Positions 27,538 through 40,738 of a stretch of 64,000 bases of DNA are shown here, piece after piece. A model generated the notes under the pieces. The model was not told the origin of the DNA, did not search any database, and worked only from the letters and a program-made list of their open reading frames with translations. The translations under genes were made by a program, and so were the position numbers. This DNA is from Lytechinus pictus (Eukaryota). Positions within the stretch are counted from its first letter, which is position 1. Every line of letters starts with the position of its first letter. The stretch spans positions 11,658,001-11,722,000 of the forward strand of contig NC_087251.1 in assembly GCF_037042905.1 (NCBI RefSeq), read 5' to 3'.

Positions 27538-28083
27538 AGGGGGTACTCTAGGCTGAAAATAATATGATTTGAACAGATAAAGAAAAATCAGACAAACACA
27601 ACACTGGAAATTTCATCAAAATCGGACAAGGAATAACAAAGTTATGACATTTTAAAGATTTGCATTATTTGGGTGAAAAAGTTCTATGCATTTCTTCATG
27701 AATATTTAATGAGCAAACTGATAATGTCATATCCCCACTTGATCTTTTGTATTTTATCATATGAAATCATATTTATTCAAATTTTAATCCCCAAAAACTA
27801 AAAAATGGATTAACAACTGATTTTGAGCATTAAATATAAACTGTTTAACACTTATAAGGGAGACATATCATAAACAAAGGAACAGGGATGTGACATCATT
27901 CCCTCACCTAATGAATGTTCATGGCAGTGTGCATACAATTGTTTTCACAAAATGTTGCTAAACTTTGGGATTCAATAACTTTGTTATTTGTTGTCGGATT
28001 TTGATGAAATTTGTCAGCATTTTTTCAAGGGAAATTTTACTCCATATTATTAGATAAAATTATTTTCAGCTTGGAGTACCCCT
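27538..28083. mobile_element. Kolobok/T2-like MITE
   Basis: TTAA|AGGGGGTACTCTAGGCTGAAAATAAT...ATTATTTTCAGCTTGGAGTACCCCT|TTAA. Confidence 0.85.
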
Positions 28084-28267
28084 TTAATAACTTTTCATTC
28101 GTTGAAATAATGTACACAAATGCTAAAAAAGATGCAGTTTGAAAGATGATTCAGCAGAACGAAAGACAAAACGCTTTCTCTATCATGATTTAACAATTGG
28201 CCTTCTGGTTTGGACCCATACTTCCTAGTTCAAACCTACTGATCTATACTCTTTCACAGTTATAATA

Positions 28268-29432
28268 TTTTGTCTCACCTGAATAGGCGCCGCTTTTCCG
28301 ATGGCAGCGTCGTCGTCAACATCAAATCATAACCGAAGGTTAAGTTTATTGTCTCACCTGCATAGCAGAGAGACTATGGGCGCCGATTTTCCGACGGCGG
28401 CGGCATCAACATCAAATCTTAACAGAAGGTTAAGTTTTGAAATGACAGCATAACTTAAAAAGTATATGGACCTAGTTCATGAAACTTGGAACTAAGATTA
28501 ATCAAGTATTACTAAACATCATACCTGAGTTTCAAGTCACATGACCAAGGTCAAAGGTCATTTAGGGTCAATGAACTTAGACAATGTTGTGGGAGTCAAT
28601 ATTATAGTCTTGACCTAAGGTCAAGGTTTTGAAATGTCATCATAACTTAGAAAGTATATGGACCTAGTTCATGAAACTTGGCCATAAGGGTAATCAAATA
28701 TTACTGAACATCCTGCCTGAGTTTCAAGTCACATGACCAAGGTCAAAGGTCATTTAAAGTCAATGAACTTTGACCATTTGGGGGTATTTGTTGAATTAAC
28801 ATCATAACTCTGAAATTGTATTGGTCTTGTTCATAAAACTTGGACATAAGAGTAATCAAGTATCACTGAACATCCTGTGCGAGTTTCGGATTACATGACC
28901 AAGGTCAAAGGTCAATGAACTTTGGCCATGTTGGAGGTAATTATTAAATTGCTGTCATAACTTTCAAAGTTTATGGATATACTTGTGGACATATATCACT
29001 GAGAAGTCTTAAATCACATGATCAAGGTCAAATGTCATTTAGGGTCAATGAACGGAGTATTGTGTCATTATATGAATGGTGTTTTTTTTGTGAATAATTA
29101 TTTTATAGTAGTTTTCAAAGTCAGCACTGCTGCTATATTGAATTTCGTAATGCAGGTGAGACTGCCAGAGGCGCTATACTTGTTGTGCATAAGCGCAGCT
29201 TCCGACGGCGGCGGCATCGTCAACATGAAATCTTAACCCAAGGTTAAGTTTTTGAAATGTCGTCATAACTTTAGTAGAAAGTATATGGACCTAGTTCATG
29301 AAACTTGGACATTAGTGTAATAAAGTATTACTGAACATCCTGTTTGAGTTTCAGGTCACATGACTAAGGTCAAAGGTCATTTAGGATCAATGGATTTAGA
29401 CCATGTTGGGGAAATCAACATCAAAATCTTAA
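28268..29432 (+). mobile_element. HINE family B with duplicated 5' end and a following partial copy
   Basis: tgtctcacctg at 28271 and 28350; 3' gcaggtgagactgccagagg near 29152-29172; second partial head 29190-29432. Confidence 0.8.
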
Positions 29433-29554
29433 GTTGAGTGCAGCACAATGTTGGTATACTTATTGTTGAAGGAAAACATGCCATGGCTAGGATTCGAACC
29501 CGTGTCCCTCTGATCGAGAGACAAGAGTCGTAACCACTAGACCACAACTTCCGC
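29433..29554 (-). mobile_element. tRNA-derived SINE, 5' part
   Basis: Minus strand carries A box TGGTCTAGTGG and B box GGTTCGAATCC, then a body (cattgtgctgcactcaa) shared with 50879-51054. Confidence 0.8.
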
Positions 29555-32500
29555 ATCATCCTTCCAGGTTTCAGTACCAGCCCATATCCACGGTCACATG
29601 TCTATGCTTGTGCAGTTGTGTTGGGTGTATTGACCAGCCTAAATCTTTTTGACAAGAAGCTAACAGCCACCTCAATCTTGGTATTCAGAAAAAAAACTTG
29701 CTTTCTACTTTTATGGACCTGAATGCATAGGTCCATGCTTTCCATCATGTTCTAGTAGGATCCATGATCCTATCAATATAAAGATTTTTTGCTGTCATGT
29801 CATGTCTGTAGGTCTTGTCATGGAGCCATGTGCTTGCTAAAAAGTGTTGGAATCAAATGGAACATGATTTTTATCCAATCTGAAAGGCACATTTGGATTT
29901 TCATTTAAAAACAACTCTTTATAAACAAGAGGCCAAAGATTAAGATTTCAATTGGCTAACATGTTGATCTTGATGGGGTATAGTGAAAGCATTTATTAAC
30001 CTTTTCGGTGTTTCCCAATACAAAGCTGTGGCTCTCTGTCAATGTACAGGTCAGTTTCAGAAGGCAAAGTAGTGTCATTGCTACCTGTGAAGCCCCAGAT
30101 GTTTACGGAACCCTAGTTTTTTGTGGGTTTTTTTTTATAAAGGGGAAGTGAACTTGTCCTCACAATGACCTATGCACCTGACATTGCAGAGTTCAACAGG
30201 GAGACAGTGTGTAAGCAATGACATCATTGGCATGCAGGTCCCGCAAGAAAGAGAGAGAAGGGAGTGATATAGTAGAAGAGAGTGAAAGGAGAACGAGAGT
30301 GGGGGAGAAAGAAAGACAATGAGAAAGAGCAAGATAGAGGGAGAGAAAGGGAGAGAGTAGGAGGGATGAAGGAAGAAGGATTGAAATTTGGGCACAACTG
30401 AGTGCAAAATAAATAAAAAATAACCCGGAGGAATGTTGAAGAAGGTGAACTATACTGATGTACACAGATGTGATATGAGAAAATATGTTTTTGAACTATT
30501 TGTGCTGTATTGCAATACTGCTCAAGATCATGATAGAATCGATGCACAAATCTCTTCAAAGGTTTACGTCCATTTTAGGGCCAGGAGCTATAAAGAGTTA
30601 TTATTTTTTAAAGCATTTTCCCAATTTGTTTTGATATAGTTCTCTTCTTATGACAGCATGCGTATATAGGCTAGCTCATTTGATTTGGACTTAGCTGCTA
30701 TTTAGGTTATTTGTTAGGATAAAATTAAGCTATCGCTTCTAATGGAAATTAAGTTTCTTTTTTCCTTGTGCACACAAACTGTTCATATTAAAATGAAGGC
30801 TGGCTGTTTTTAGTTATTGATTAAACCAATTTACTCTTTATGCTTTGGAATATCAAACTCATTTAGAAAATTATATTAATTCTTTAAAGTAAGCTGGCAA
30901 AATAAATTCCCTTTCCAATCATGCCATTCATAAAATGTAGTGATTTGTTGATAAAAGTATAAAGCAACAGCTATCTGCACACAATCTGCATGTTTATTGG
31001 ATTTTAGAAATATCGTAAGATTGCCAGTCAATACGAAACCATAAATTTAGTATTGGCGGGCAGGGGGGTGGCAAACAATGAAATTATGTTATTCTTTCAG
31101 GGTTTTTAGAGCATGTTATGCAACCATTTCCATTATTTAACTTGCTTTTTTCATATGATATCTTTGTTAGAAAAGTGTTTGTAAACATGTACGTCATAAT
31201 GACATGTTTGCTGGATAATCAGATATCAGATCTGTAAGAACAGCATGATGAGACAGATGTTATCATTGATTGTTGTGTTGTTTTATTCAACATCCGATGA
31301 AAGCAAATTATCTTGACCATGTGAAGTCAAACAATTTAAATTGATTGAAAGATCATTATTTGCAGTTGTACAAACCAAGTGTTTAATCAATTTTTAATAT
31401 AGTTCTATGTGAAATTCATGTTAAGGCTGGGTAATTTTGCTCTATGATTGACTTAAGACACTGTTTAACCACATTAATTTCTTCTATTTTTATTATTGAT
31501 TTTTCCAGTACCATACTTGCTATTCCAGGCTGCTAAATGTCTGTGAATTTTCATTTGATTTGAATAATGTGCACTGTGTCATGTGACCAATGTTTTCTCT
31601 CTTTCTATATAATTGGTTTGTTTGTGGTTATGATACTCGTCAATCAAAGTAATTAACTTTCCTGTTATCATACCATCAGCAAAGCTTGTTTTTACACTTC
31701 TGAAATGACGTGCACAAATATTTTCGCTACCGTACCTAGAACTAGTTCAAGGCTTGGAGGAAATAGGGTGGGGTCTTTTTTTCCAAATGCATGAAAGTTA
31801 TGAATTAAAGAAGAGGTTATAGTTTTAATCCCAAACTCAAGTTTAGCTTTTGATTTTCAATTTTTTTATTGGATATTTTTCAGGAACTTGTAAAATAATT
31901 GGTGCTCTTCATGATATTAAGCACCAGGGGCTCATTTGGATGGGTATGATATGCGAAACTAATTAAAAGCTATTTTAAAACCTGAACAACCACTCATTAA
32001 TTCATAGGTATTCTGAAAACATCCTCTGTAATGATGATAATAATAATACTTGCTTATATAGCAATTATTACTTTATGTGAGATCTCTTAGTGCCCTACAA
32101 TAATGTAGCATAATTACCCGGCTTTAGCAGTTCATTGTTGAAGAATATTATAATGATAAATTAATGATGTGAACAAAGCAGGGACTCAGATATCTTTCCA
32201 AATAAACTCATTGAAATAACTGATCTCATTGTGAAACCTTGCCTGGATTAATAATCAATCTCAATGTTACAAGGAAATAACATGCATACATGTAGAATAA
32301 ATTCCTATGATGGGAAGTTCGGAACCCAGAACGATAGATTACTCTTCCTTGTTTATTTGGGATTTTTTCCACATTATTTATCAGGATGAGTCTATTAACC
32401 TGCACTATATAGGCTTTTATTTCCGGGAATGAGGTTGTTTGCATTTTTGAAAAATGCAGTAGGATTTATCTTGAAACTAAAAGTCATTAGACATCTGTTG

Positions 32501-32710
32501 CATGTTCCCATGGTATAAGTAATTAAAAGAAAGGGGGAAATTTATATTGATCTTGTAAATTTGTTTAAAATAAAAATGAACAAGTATCCTGACAGCTCAT
32601 GTTCATTTATTTAATTCACATACCGGGGTAAGCACTAACATCTACAGTTTTTGGAACACGTATTCTGACACAACCATTTTTGAAAATCACATTGCTAGCA
32701 TACCCATCTG

Positions 32711-32866
32711 GGGCCCGTTTCATAAAGAGTTGCAACTGTTGTAACTTTGCCATTATGGCAACTACCATGGCAACAGGGCTTGGCAGCCAATCAAAATCAA
32801 GGTTACCATGGTAATTGCCATAATGGCAAAATTACAACAGTTTCAACTCTTTATAAAATGGGGCCC
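32711..32866. mobile_element. Palindromic Harbinger-like MITE, CTG TSD
   Basis: ctg|GGGCCCGTTTCATAAAGAGTTG...CAACTCTTTATAAAATGGGGCCC|ctg. Confidence 0.8.
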
Positions 32867-32889
32867 CTGATCACCCTATCTGATCACTT

Positions 32890-33197
32890 CATGTAAAGCA
32901 GTCTTGTTGCTACGGTGACGCTCTCAGTGGGGTGACATGTTTCGCGCGAAAAAAATTCTACGCACAGTGTGTTGAGTAGCATGCTCAAAATGTGTGAAGA
33001 TCGCTTTCAGAAGAAAGGATGTGTCCTCACTTACATGAAAACCAGTTTAACAAGGCTAAGCCATCATGAAAACTACATCGAGGTTGCTTTCAGGTCGGTT
33101 GGAAAATTGCTTCCAAGACCGCTTTGACCTTTCTCATTTAACTCGTTAAACTAGTTTCCAGTAAACTAGTTTTAGGACGGTAATATGAACAGGGTCT
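32890..33197. mobile_element. Partial Harbinger-like MITE, inverted relative of 37810-38237
   Basis: Shared blocks ctcagtggggtgacatgt, aaaactacatcg, aaactagtttcc and terminal aacagggtct. Confidence 0.65.
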
Positions 33198-33524
33198 AAC
33201 ACAGGTTTCAGTATTGGGGGGGGGGGGGGCACTGCCGTTACAGGGTGGATGCCAAGCTCATCCATGGACTTTAAAAAAGGATGATTAACAGGTACTTTGT
33301 CCTTTTTTCTCCACCTTAGATTATGTCTCAAGTTTTACATTTTCATGATAGGGTGAAGTATGTACCCTTTCCACACACGATGCACACTAGTTTGTTGAAA
33401 AATTAACCCCTTTTTCTTGATTTTGGCCATTTGTTACCCTTTTTACTGTATGTGCATACATCAACTAATCGTGAAAAGCAGCATTTTTTAATTGCTTTTG
33501 TGGTCATTTTCAGGTCAACGTTAA

Positions 33525-33919
33525 AGCTAAATGATAGTAGTTGCAGTAAAACACTAATTTCGTGAGAAAGTCTGTAAAACCAAGGTTAAGAAAGACTATA
33601 TCATCGTGGATCTAGATCTGGTACAGTTACATAAACTGAACTTTGTGAAATCATAAAATCTAAGCTGAAATACGATCACACTGAAAATCGCCAACACAGA
33701 TAGGCACACGTGGGACAGTGTATTATTATTGCTGGAATAAAGACCCGACGGAAGTGACCAAATCCGTGCTTATTTTGCTTATTTCTCAGCAATTACACAA
33801 TTTCTTCTAGAATCCTTTGGCACATATTTTTTATGCATACAAACAGACACTTGGGTGGTCATTATATTAGATTCTGTAAAAAGTCATTTTGAGATCGTTA
33901 CCAGAACTGGAATTTATCT
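33525..33919. mobile_element. Kolobok-like MITE, ~395 bp
   Basis: caacgTTAA|AGCTAAAT...CTGGAATTTATCT|TTAAagtttac; same family as 59890-60283. Confidence 0.88.
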
Positions 33920-34439
33920 TTAAAGTTTACATGCAAGACTCTCTTATGACACTAACTCCGCAACAGCGAGTCACTTTTCTGCCAAATAAATTGTAGATGT
34001 AGTTAGGAGACCTGCATGTCATGCTGCAATCGCCGGTCACATGGTAAGGTCAAAGGTCATTTTCAGGTCAACATTAAAGTTTACGTGCAAGGCTCTCTTA
34101 TGACACATAGCTCTGCAACCGCAAGTCACTTTTCACCCAAATTTGGATTGTAGATGTAGTTAGGAGACCTGCATGTCATGCTTCAGTTGGAGGTCACATG
34201 GTAAGGTCAAAGGCTATTTTCAGTTCAACGTTAAAATTTACGTCCAAGACTCTCTTATGATACATAACTCTGCAACCGTAAGTCACTTTTCAACCAAACT
34301 TGGATGGTAGATGTACTTAGGGGACCTGCATGTTATGCTACAGTTGGAGGTCACATGGTAAGGTCATAGGTCATTTTCAGGTCAACGTTTAAGTTTACGT
34401 GCGAGACTATCTTATGACACATAAATCCGCAACCATGTG

Positions 34440-35234
34440 TAGGGACAGTGATTTTCCGTTTAAAAAAATTGCCTTTTCCGTTTCAGAAAATCTCAAATTC
34501 CGTTTCAGCATGTCAGAAAACGGAAATTCCGTTTCCCCATAGACTTTGTACACACGGAAAAGTGACAATTCCGTTTACACATTTACATGCACACTCGCAC
34601 TGGTCAAAATTTGTATCTGCTACTGTACCAACAACACAATAAAATCCGTTCTAATCGGATCTATGCGGGTGAATAAAATATTTTAACACACCCATTTTGC
34701 ATGCATACATCCTCACCTTTCATATTATTAGCATTATTTCACGGTGAAATGATATTTCATCGATAATTTTGGGGGTTTTTGGACATCGTTATCATCAGTC
34801 ATCGTCTTTTCCCAATCCGCCATCTTGGATTTTAAGACCACGATATCGTGCTGTTACATCTTCAAACGTAGAGGGCAGCAACACACAACTGTGTACATGT
34901 AGTTGAACGATACATGTGTGCATGTGAAGCCCAACCCGGCCGGCCGGGTACGGGTACGGTGCGGGGTACAATCGAGTGTGCTGATGTCGAGTGCAGTCAC
35001 GATGTGTGAATTGTCATGATAGTAGCGAAGTGAGATCGTGTTTTCTGGGGTTTTTTGGCCATTTAATATTCTCATTTTGCTGTGATTTTGGAGTAATTTC
35101 TGTTGCTATTCTGTGTATTTTGAGGGAAAATACGTTTTCCGTGATTTTCCGTTTGAAATGCCATTTTCCGTTTCAAAAGGCCCTTTCCGTGAATTCCGTC
35201 CGTTTTCCGCGATCGCGGAAAATCACTGTCCCTA
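34440..35234. mobile_element. hAT-like MITE with 6-bp TSD (CATGTG)
   Basis: catgtg|TAGGGACAGTGATTTTCCG...CGGAAAATCACTGTCCCTA|catgtg; perfect 19-bp TIR. Confidence 0.9.
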
Positions 35235-35440
35235 CATGTGTCACCAAACTTTAATGGTAGATGTACTAAAGGGACATGCATGTTATTCTGCAGTCGGAGG
35301 TCACATGGTAAGGTCAAAGGTCATTTTGAGGTCAATGATGTGACACAGCTCTGCAACTGTAAATCACTTTTATATCAAACTTGGGTAGTAGGTGTACTTA
35401 TGAGACATGCATGTTATTGTAGAGTCACAAAATCGCTTAT

Positions 35441-37698
35441 GGGCATTTTCAACACAGATGGACACAGAGGCAAAAAAAATCCAATTGATATTCATGTCAA
35501 ATGCTTTATGTTTTTTAATCATACAAAACCTGAAGTTTCTGGGACAATTTTTTTTTCCAACTTTGGCAGCCATTTTTTATTTCAAAATGGCCGCCAAAGT
35601 ATGGATACAAATTAGTGTTGAAAATGGTATATTGATTCATATTTTGTTTTGACAGATTTTTAAAGACCAGCTTTAATCATGATGTTTCCCCTGTGATTTA
35701 GCTTGCTATTATAACACTTTATCAATTCCCATAGAAAGAAACACCAGTAATTCATTTATCTGATAAAAAAATATTGATGAAGTATGTGATACGGTATGTA
35801 ATGTCAGTTACCAAAAACAAACTTTTTGTTCTCATTTCCCAGAAAAGAGGATATATTATATGAAACTTGGTAGATTTCCTCAGGTAACACCCCTCCCTTC
35901 TACACCAAAATTAAAGATAATTAATTAACAATCAAGCCATAGGGTACCATTGAATATGTGTAACGTCAGTTACCAAGTGGAAAAATGTAATGTCAGTTAC
36001 CATGATAAAACGTTGGTTACCAATAGTGAAATGTGAATGTGGTCAATTTTATGGTGAAGAAATATTGTATACTTGTTATTTAAGTCTTTCACTTAGTTAA
36101 ATCACACCAGAAGGAGCTTGCTATTGAGTTTTAAAAGGTATAGTTCACAAGGAATACATATAAAATTATGAAGGAAGTTGCATTCCCATCGTGCAAAAAA
36201 AAATTAATGTGAAATTGTTTTGCATATAAGTACATGTACTTACCAAGTACCTAATTGTTTGTATCAGACAAATTTTTTTTTCCGCTTTTTGGGGGGAGGG
36301 GGTACTTTTCCCAACCTATTGCCTAAATCTGCAACATTTGATAAGCTTAACCTTGCAATGAATGGGGGTTTCCAGGGCCCCTTTTTTAGTTTCTAGGATT
36401 CTTTTGAGCATTGCCGGGCTAAAAGTAAATTCCAGGTTTTATACCTGTTAGTAGTGTAGATGTGTGATACAATTTTTGTTTTTGGTTTACAAGTATAGAT
36501 GAAATTTGACAGTTCTGATCAAAATTGCATGGATCTACTAAAACTGTCTTTCTAATTTACAAATAGTTCAGTTTCAGTTCAGAAGCTGGAGTTTATTTTT
36601 GTTGACAGCTTAAAAAAGAAATTAGCAAAAAGAATGATTAAAACAATTATGAAGAAAATTGAAATCCGACAGATACGAACAAGCATTGCTTGCACTGACC
36701 AGAATATAAATCAATAAAACTGCATGGGTGCATGAGATTCGGGGGAGGGGTAGCCTAGGGGAGGAGACCCTTATTCATTTTGCTTTTTTTGAGGGGAGGT
36801 TGGAAAAGCAAAATATTAAAAAAGCCAATATAAAACTGATGAATATAATTATGTAAATGGTGAAAAGTCAGAAAAATCCATGTGTACAGTCAATGCAATA
36901 TTAAATTACTATAGGAATACATGTAGCTGGTATGACACCCCCCTTGTAAGTAAAACATACATTTCTTATCTTTTGATAATTTAAAATGTAAAGTATTATG
37001 AAACTTTTATGATTTTAAAAAGCCTGACATATAAGTACCAAGAAAATTATGCCTTTGAAAGTCATATAGCACTGGTATATGTTAATATGTAAGGTCAGTT
37101 ACCGACAAGTAATAATAAAATGTTCAAATCAAAAGAAAAGGAATTAAGAAAAAGAAAAATTTTTTTCATTGAAATGTTCCTAGAAACTCAGGTATACTTC
37201 CACATCAAGCTCAGTTTCATGTGAAGCCCTGCACAGAAGATACAATGCAATGATTCCACACATTTGACTTACATGTGTTATCTCTATGGCAAATTAAGTG
37301 TAACGTCAGTTACCAGCATGGTCGTGGATAAATTATCATAGCCCCCAAAAGACAAAAACAAATTATTTAATATTTTAACACATCTTAACCTAGTAACGAA
37401 GGTATATTTACATATTCGAATTATTACTCTATCTACTCAGGGACATAAGATATTTCAATTTTACTGAACACCCTGAAATTGCATGTCATTTTACGTACAT
37501 CAGTTACAAACACATTTTTGCTTGCTGACGTGTAACCAAATGTGGTTACATTGAAAAACTTAGTATCAGACTATACAGCAAGGTGCACTTTATTAACTCT
37601 ATCAAAAGCAAACTCCCAACATTTGTTGTTTTAGATATATACACAATGAAAGGTTTGTAAAATTGTGCCGTGTAACGTCAGTTACCGTGAAAATGCCC
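35441..37698. mobile_element. Non-autonomous DNA transposon with 4-bp TSD (Sola-like)
   Basis: ttat|GGGCATTTTCA...TGAAAATGCCC|ttat within the HINE 3' end; repeated internal motif tgtaacgtcagttacc. Confidence 0.75.
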
Positions 37699-37809
37699 TT
37701 ATGCGCTGTATTCGGAATCGATTAGCAGCAATTGAAGAAAACAGTCACCCCCATAAATTAGTTGTGAGGGATTTTCAAGGGCAATTTGAACAAATTTCAC
37801 ATCTTACAT

Positions 37810-38237
37810 AGACCCCATTCTCATTACCATCGTAAAACTAATTTAGTGGAAACTAGTTTAATGCGTAATGAGAATGGTCGAAGCGGTCTTGGAAGTGATC
37901 TACCAAACCAGTTCGGAAACCACCTCGCGATGTAGTTTTCAAGATCGCTTTGGCTCGTTAAACTGGTTTTGGGTAAGTGAGGCTACAACTGTTCTTCGGG
38001 AAGAGTGATGTTAGCACATTTTGAGCGCGGTACTCCACACACTGTGTGTAGAATGTCTTCCCAGGTTTCGATTTTCACGCAATACATGTCACCCCCACTG
38101 AGATTGTTCCCATAGAAACAATGCCACTTTATTTTCTGGTGATCAAATGGGAACGCTAGCAAAGCAACCTTCCTCACTGGTTTCCTGAACCGGTTTCCAG
38201 AAAACTAGTTTTTAGGATTGCAATGAGAACAGTGTCT
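37810..38237. mobile_element. Harbinger-like MITE ending ~95 bp upstream of exon 2
   Basis: agaccccattctcattaccatcgtaaaacta ... tagtttttaggattgcaatgagaacagtgtct. Confidence 0.7.
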
Positions 38238-38333
38238 TCGTTTATTTCTGATGACGCTGACTGTACTACAAATGTATCTATCATATGTGGTCTTTTAGTC
38301 ACATGTTTCACGATATGTTTTTGTTGTTTTCAG

Positions 38334-38459
38334 GTGAGTACATCAAGAATTGGAGGCCGAGGTACTTCCAGCTGAAATCCAATGGAGAATTTGTTGGGTA
38401 CAAGGAAAAACCAAAAGGGAAAGGAGAGCAAGAGGCCCTCAATAACTTCACTGTAATAA
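38334..38459 (+). CDS. AKT: Akt coding exon 2, PH domain ([42 protein letters not shown])
   Basis: ttttcag acceptor, A|gtaagt donor, phase 1-1, 126 nt. Confidence 0.97.
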
Positions 38460-38691
38460 GTAAGTCAGTTTCATGTAATGTGTGATTTTGCAGTTGAGCA
38501 AGTCCTAGACAATATAAGATTACAGTGCATTGGTCAGAATCAATCTATTAATTTGGTAGATTCTTAGCAGTATTGTGTGAACTTGCACTTGTGGGACTTA
38601 AATTGACTTTGGACAGTTTTTTAATTAATTTTGGGCACTTTTCTGTGATATTGTGGGATATAAGTGAAACAAATAAGATGGTTCATGTATA

Positions 38692-40738
38692 CACAACAAA
38701 AAAAGTAAGTCCCCCCTTGAACAAACATCAATAATTTCCGAACCAATACGAGTTTTGGTATATTTTTACATGAGCGTGTAGGTAATTTTATAAGCTACCC
38801 TCTGAGTAAATGTTATGGATGTATTTTACGTCATGCTTCAGTGAGCACCGTCAGAAAATCATGACTTTGATTCCATTTTATTGGAACTGATTCCACATTC
38901 TCATCATGAAAAATAGTCAGAAGGCTTGTAAAAGGTACTTTCTAAAAGACGATACATTTTTTGGGCTAAATTTCACGGTTGAATAAACACAAGTCCAAAT
39001 TTGCTATAATTGGATTTTTTACACATTTTCATCAATAAAAATGATAGAATATGATGACAGTTATTTTGGGGAAGAGTATCTTCAACAATATTCATCGTTT
39101 CACGGTTCAATGAACATTTATTGAAAACAAAAAATACGGTTTTCAAATATCAGAGGCAAGTATTGTTTCATTTTAGTAACTGAAACTGATCTTTTATCAA
39201 TTTTTTGGATATGTTCATGACTAGTTAACACGCTTCAATGATTCAAAGGCGTTCAATTAAGCATTCATGCTTGAATGAACATGTGGAATGTGATTAGCTC
39301 TTTTTTTACGTTATTGGAAAAAATGCAATTTGTAACTATGGATATCTGTCACAAACCTCCTTGCATGGTTCATTTGATTTGATTTTTATGAAAATCCCGA
39401 TGTTTAATGCATCAGTGAGCACACAATATTCGAAAATTATGCAAATGAGAAGAAAGTTCAAGGCGTTGGCACCACTCTGTGCCGTATCAAATTGTTATTT
39501 TGGTGTGCGCACCTTTTGGATAGTGTTACTCTGAAGCCATGTGCGAAGTTTCATGAAATAACTGTTGGCAGAAGTAACAAAAACCGTTAGAAACAAACCC
39601 CTTATTTCATATTTGTTAAAAGTTTGACTTCCTCTCTCATAGACTTGTGTACATTATGGGTGCATATGTTTAAGAATAAGTAACCCCTTATTCAATATGG
39701 TGGAACTTTTTTTTTCAAGGCTGTCTTTAGCAATGTCACTTGGCAGTAATGTTTATCAACCTATGGGCAGAATTCTGTGCAAAAATGAAATCGATTTGTT
39801 TATTTACGGATGAGTGAGCACGCATCAAATTCGGAAAATGGGTATTTTCAATGTCACAGACTCATTTTAAAGGGTAATAAGGTGAATATTGGGGGCAAAT
39901 TCGGTTTCAAATTTGACTTTAATTGCTGTTGTTTTTATCATCCATCATTTCTATCACCACACACTTTCCGAACTTTTCACATTTTCATGGTTGAGCGAGC
40001 ACATTCGAAAATTTAGGAATTAATACTCTTTATAGTGCATGAATATATTCTTTTTCTAACAATTTCTCATGATTAGTTTAATTTATGGACAAATCAGTGG
40101 TGGATCCAGAATTTAAAATGGGGGAGGGGCTTATAATCGGGGGAGCCACCAATATTTTCAAATTTTAATATGACCTAACAAGTTGTAGAGGATACTACCT
40201 AAAACCCCTATGATGATACGTCACAATACAGGGGCCGCCGAACGGTTTTCAAAGTGTGGGGGAGGGGCTGAGCCAAAAGTGGGGGGGGGGGGACTGACCA
40301 TGCAAAAAATTACAATCGTATGGTAATTTTTACACTTTTGTACATGCTTTTGGAAAAAAGTGGGCCCCCACCCCGTTTCCGCGGCCCCTGCGATATTGTG
40401 CTCACTCAACCATGAACATACGATATCAAAATTGTGTGTGGAGTGGCTAAATGATGGATAGTAAAACAGCATAACACCATAAAATTCACCTAAAAACAAC
40501 TTTTGCCCAACTTTGTATTTGCACAATCTAAAAAAAAACGACTCTTGTGACTTTCAAAAATGGTCATTTTTAATTCAATCTTCAATTACTCATGCATGAC
40601 TCAACTGATCAATCTCATTTTTCCTCGGGAGTTGCTTAATGAGTGTAGAAAACCACCTACGAAATATCATATCTCAAAATAACTCGGTTCAAAAGTTACA
40701 GCAATTTGATTAAGGGGGGACTTACTTTTTTTGTTGTG
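38692..40738. mobile_element. Tc1/mariner-like non-autonomous element, ~2 kb, with nested hAT-like fragments (~40095, 40229-40390)
   Basis: TA|CACAACAAAAAAAGTAAGTCCCCCCTT...AAGGGGGGACTTACTTTTTTTGTTGTG|TA. Confidence 0.85.

Larger units (their letters stand above)
33502..35440 (+). mobile_element. HINE family A, 5'-truncated, hit by three later insertions
   Basis: Tandem units interrupted at 33525, 34440 and 35441. Confidence 0.8.

Noticed and set aside
29480..29554. tRNA gene
   Set aside because: A and B boxes are present but the acceptor stem does not pair well and it runs into a body shared with another SINE copy.
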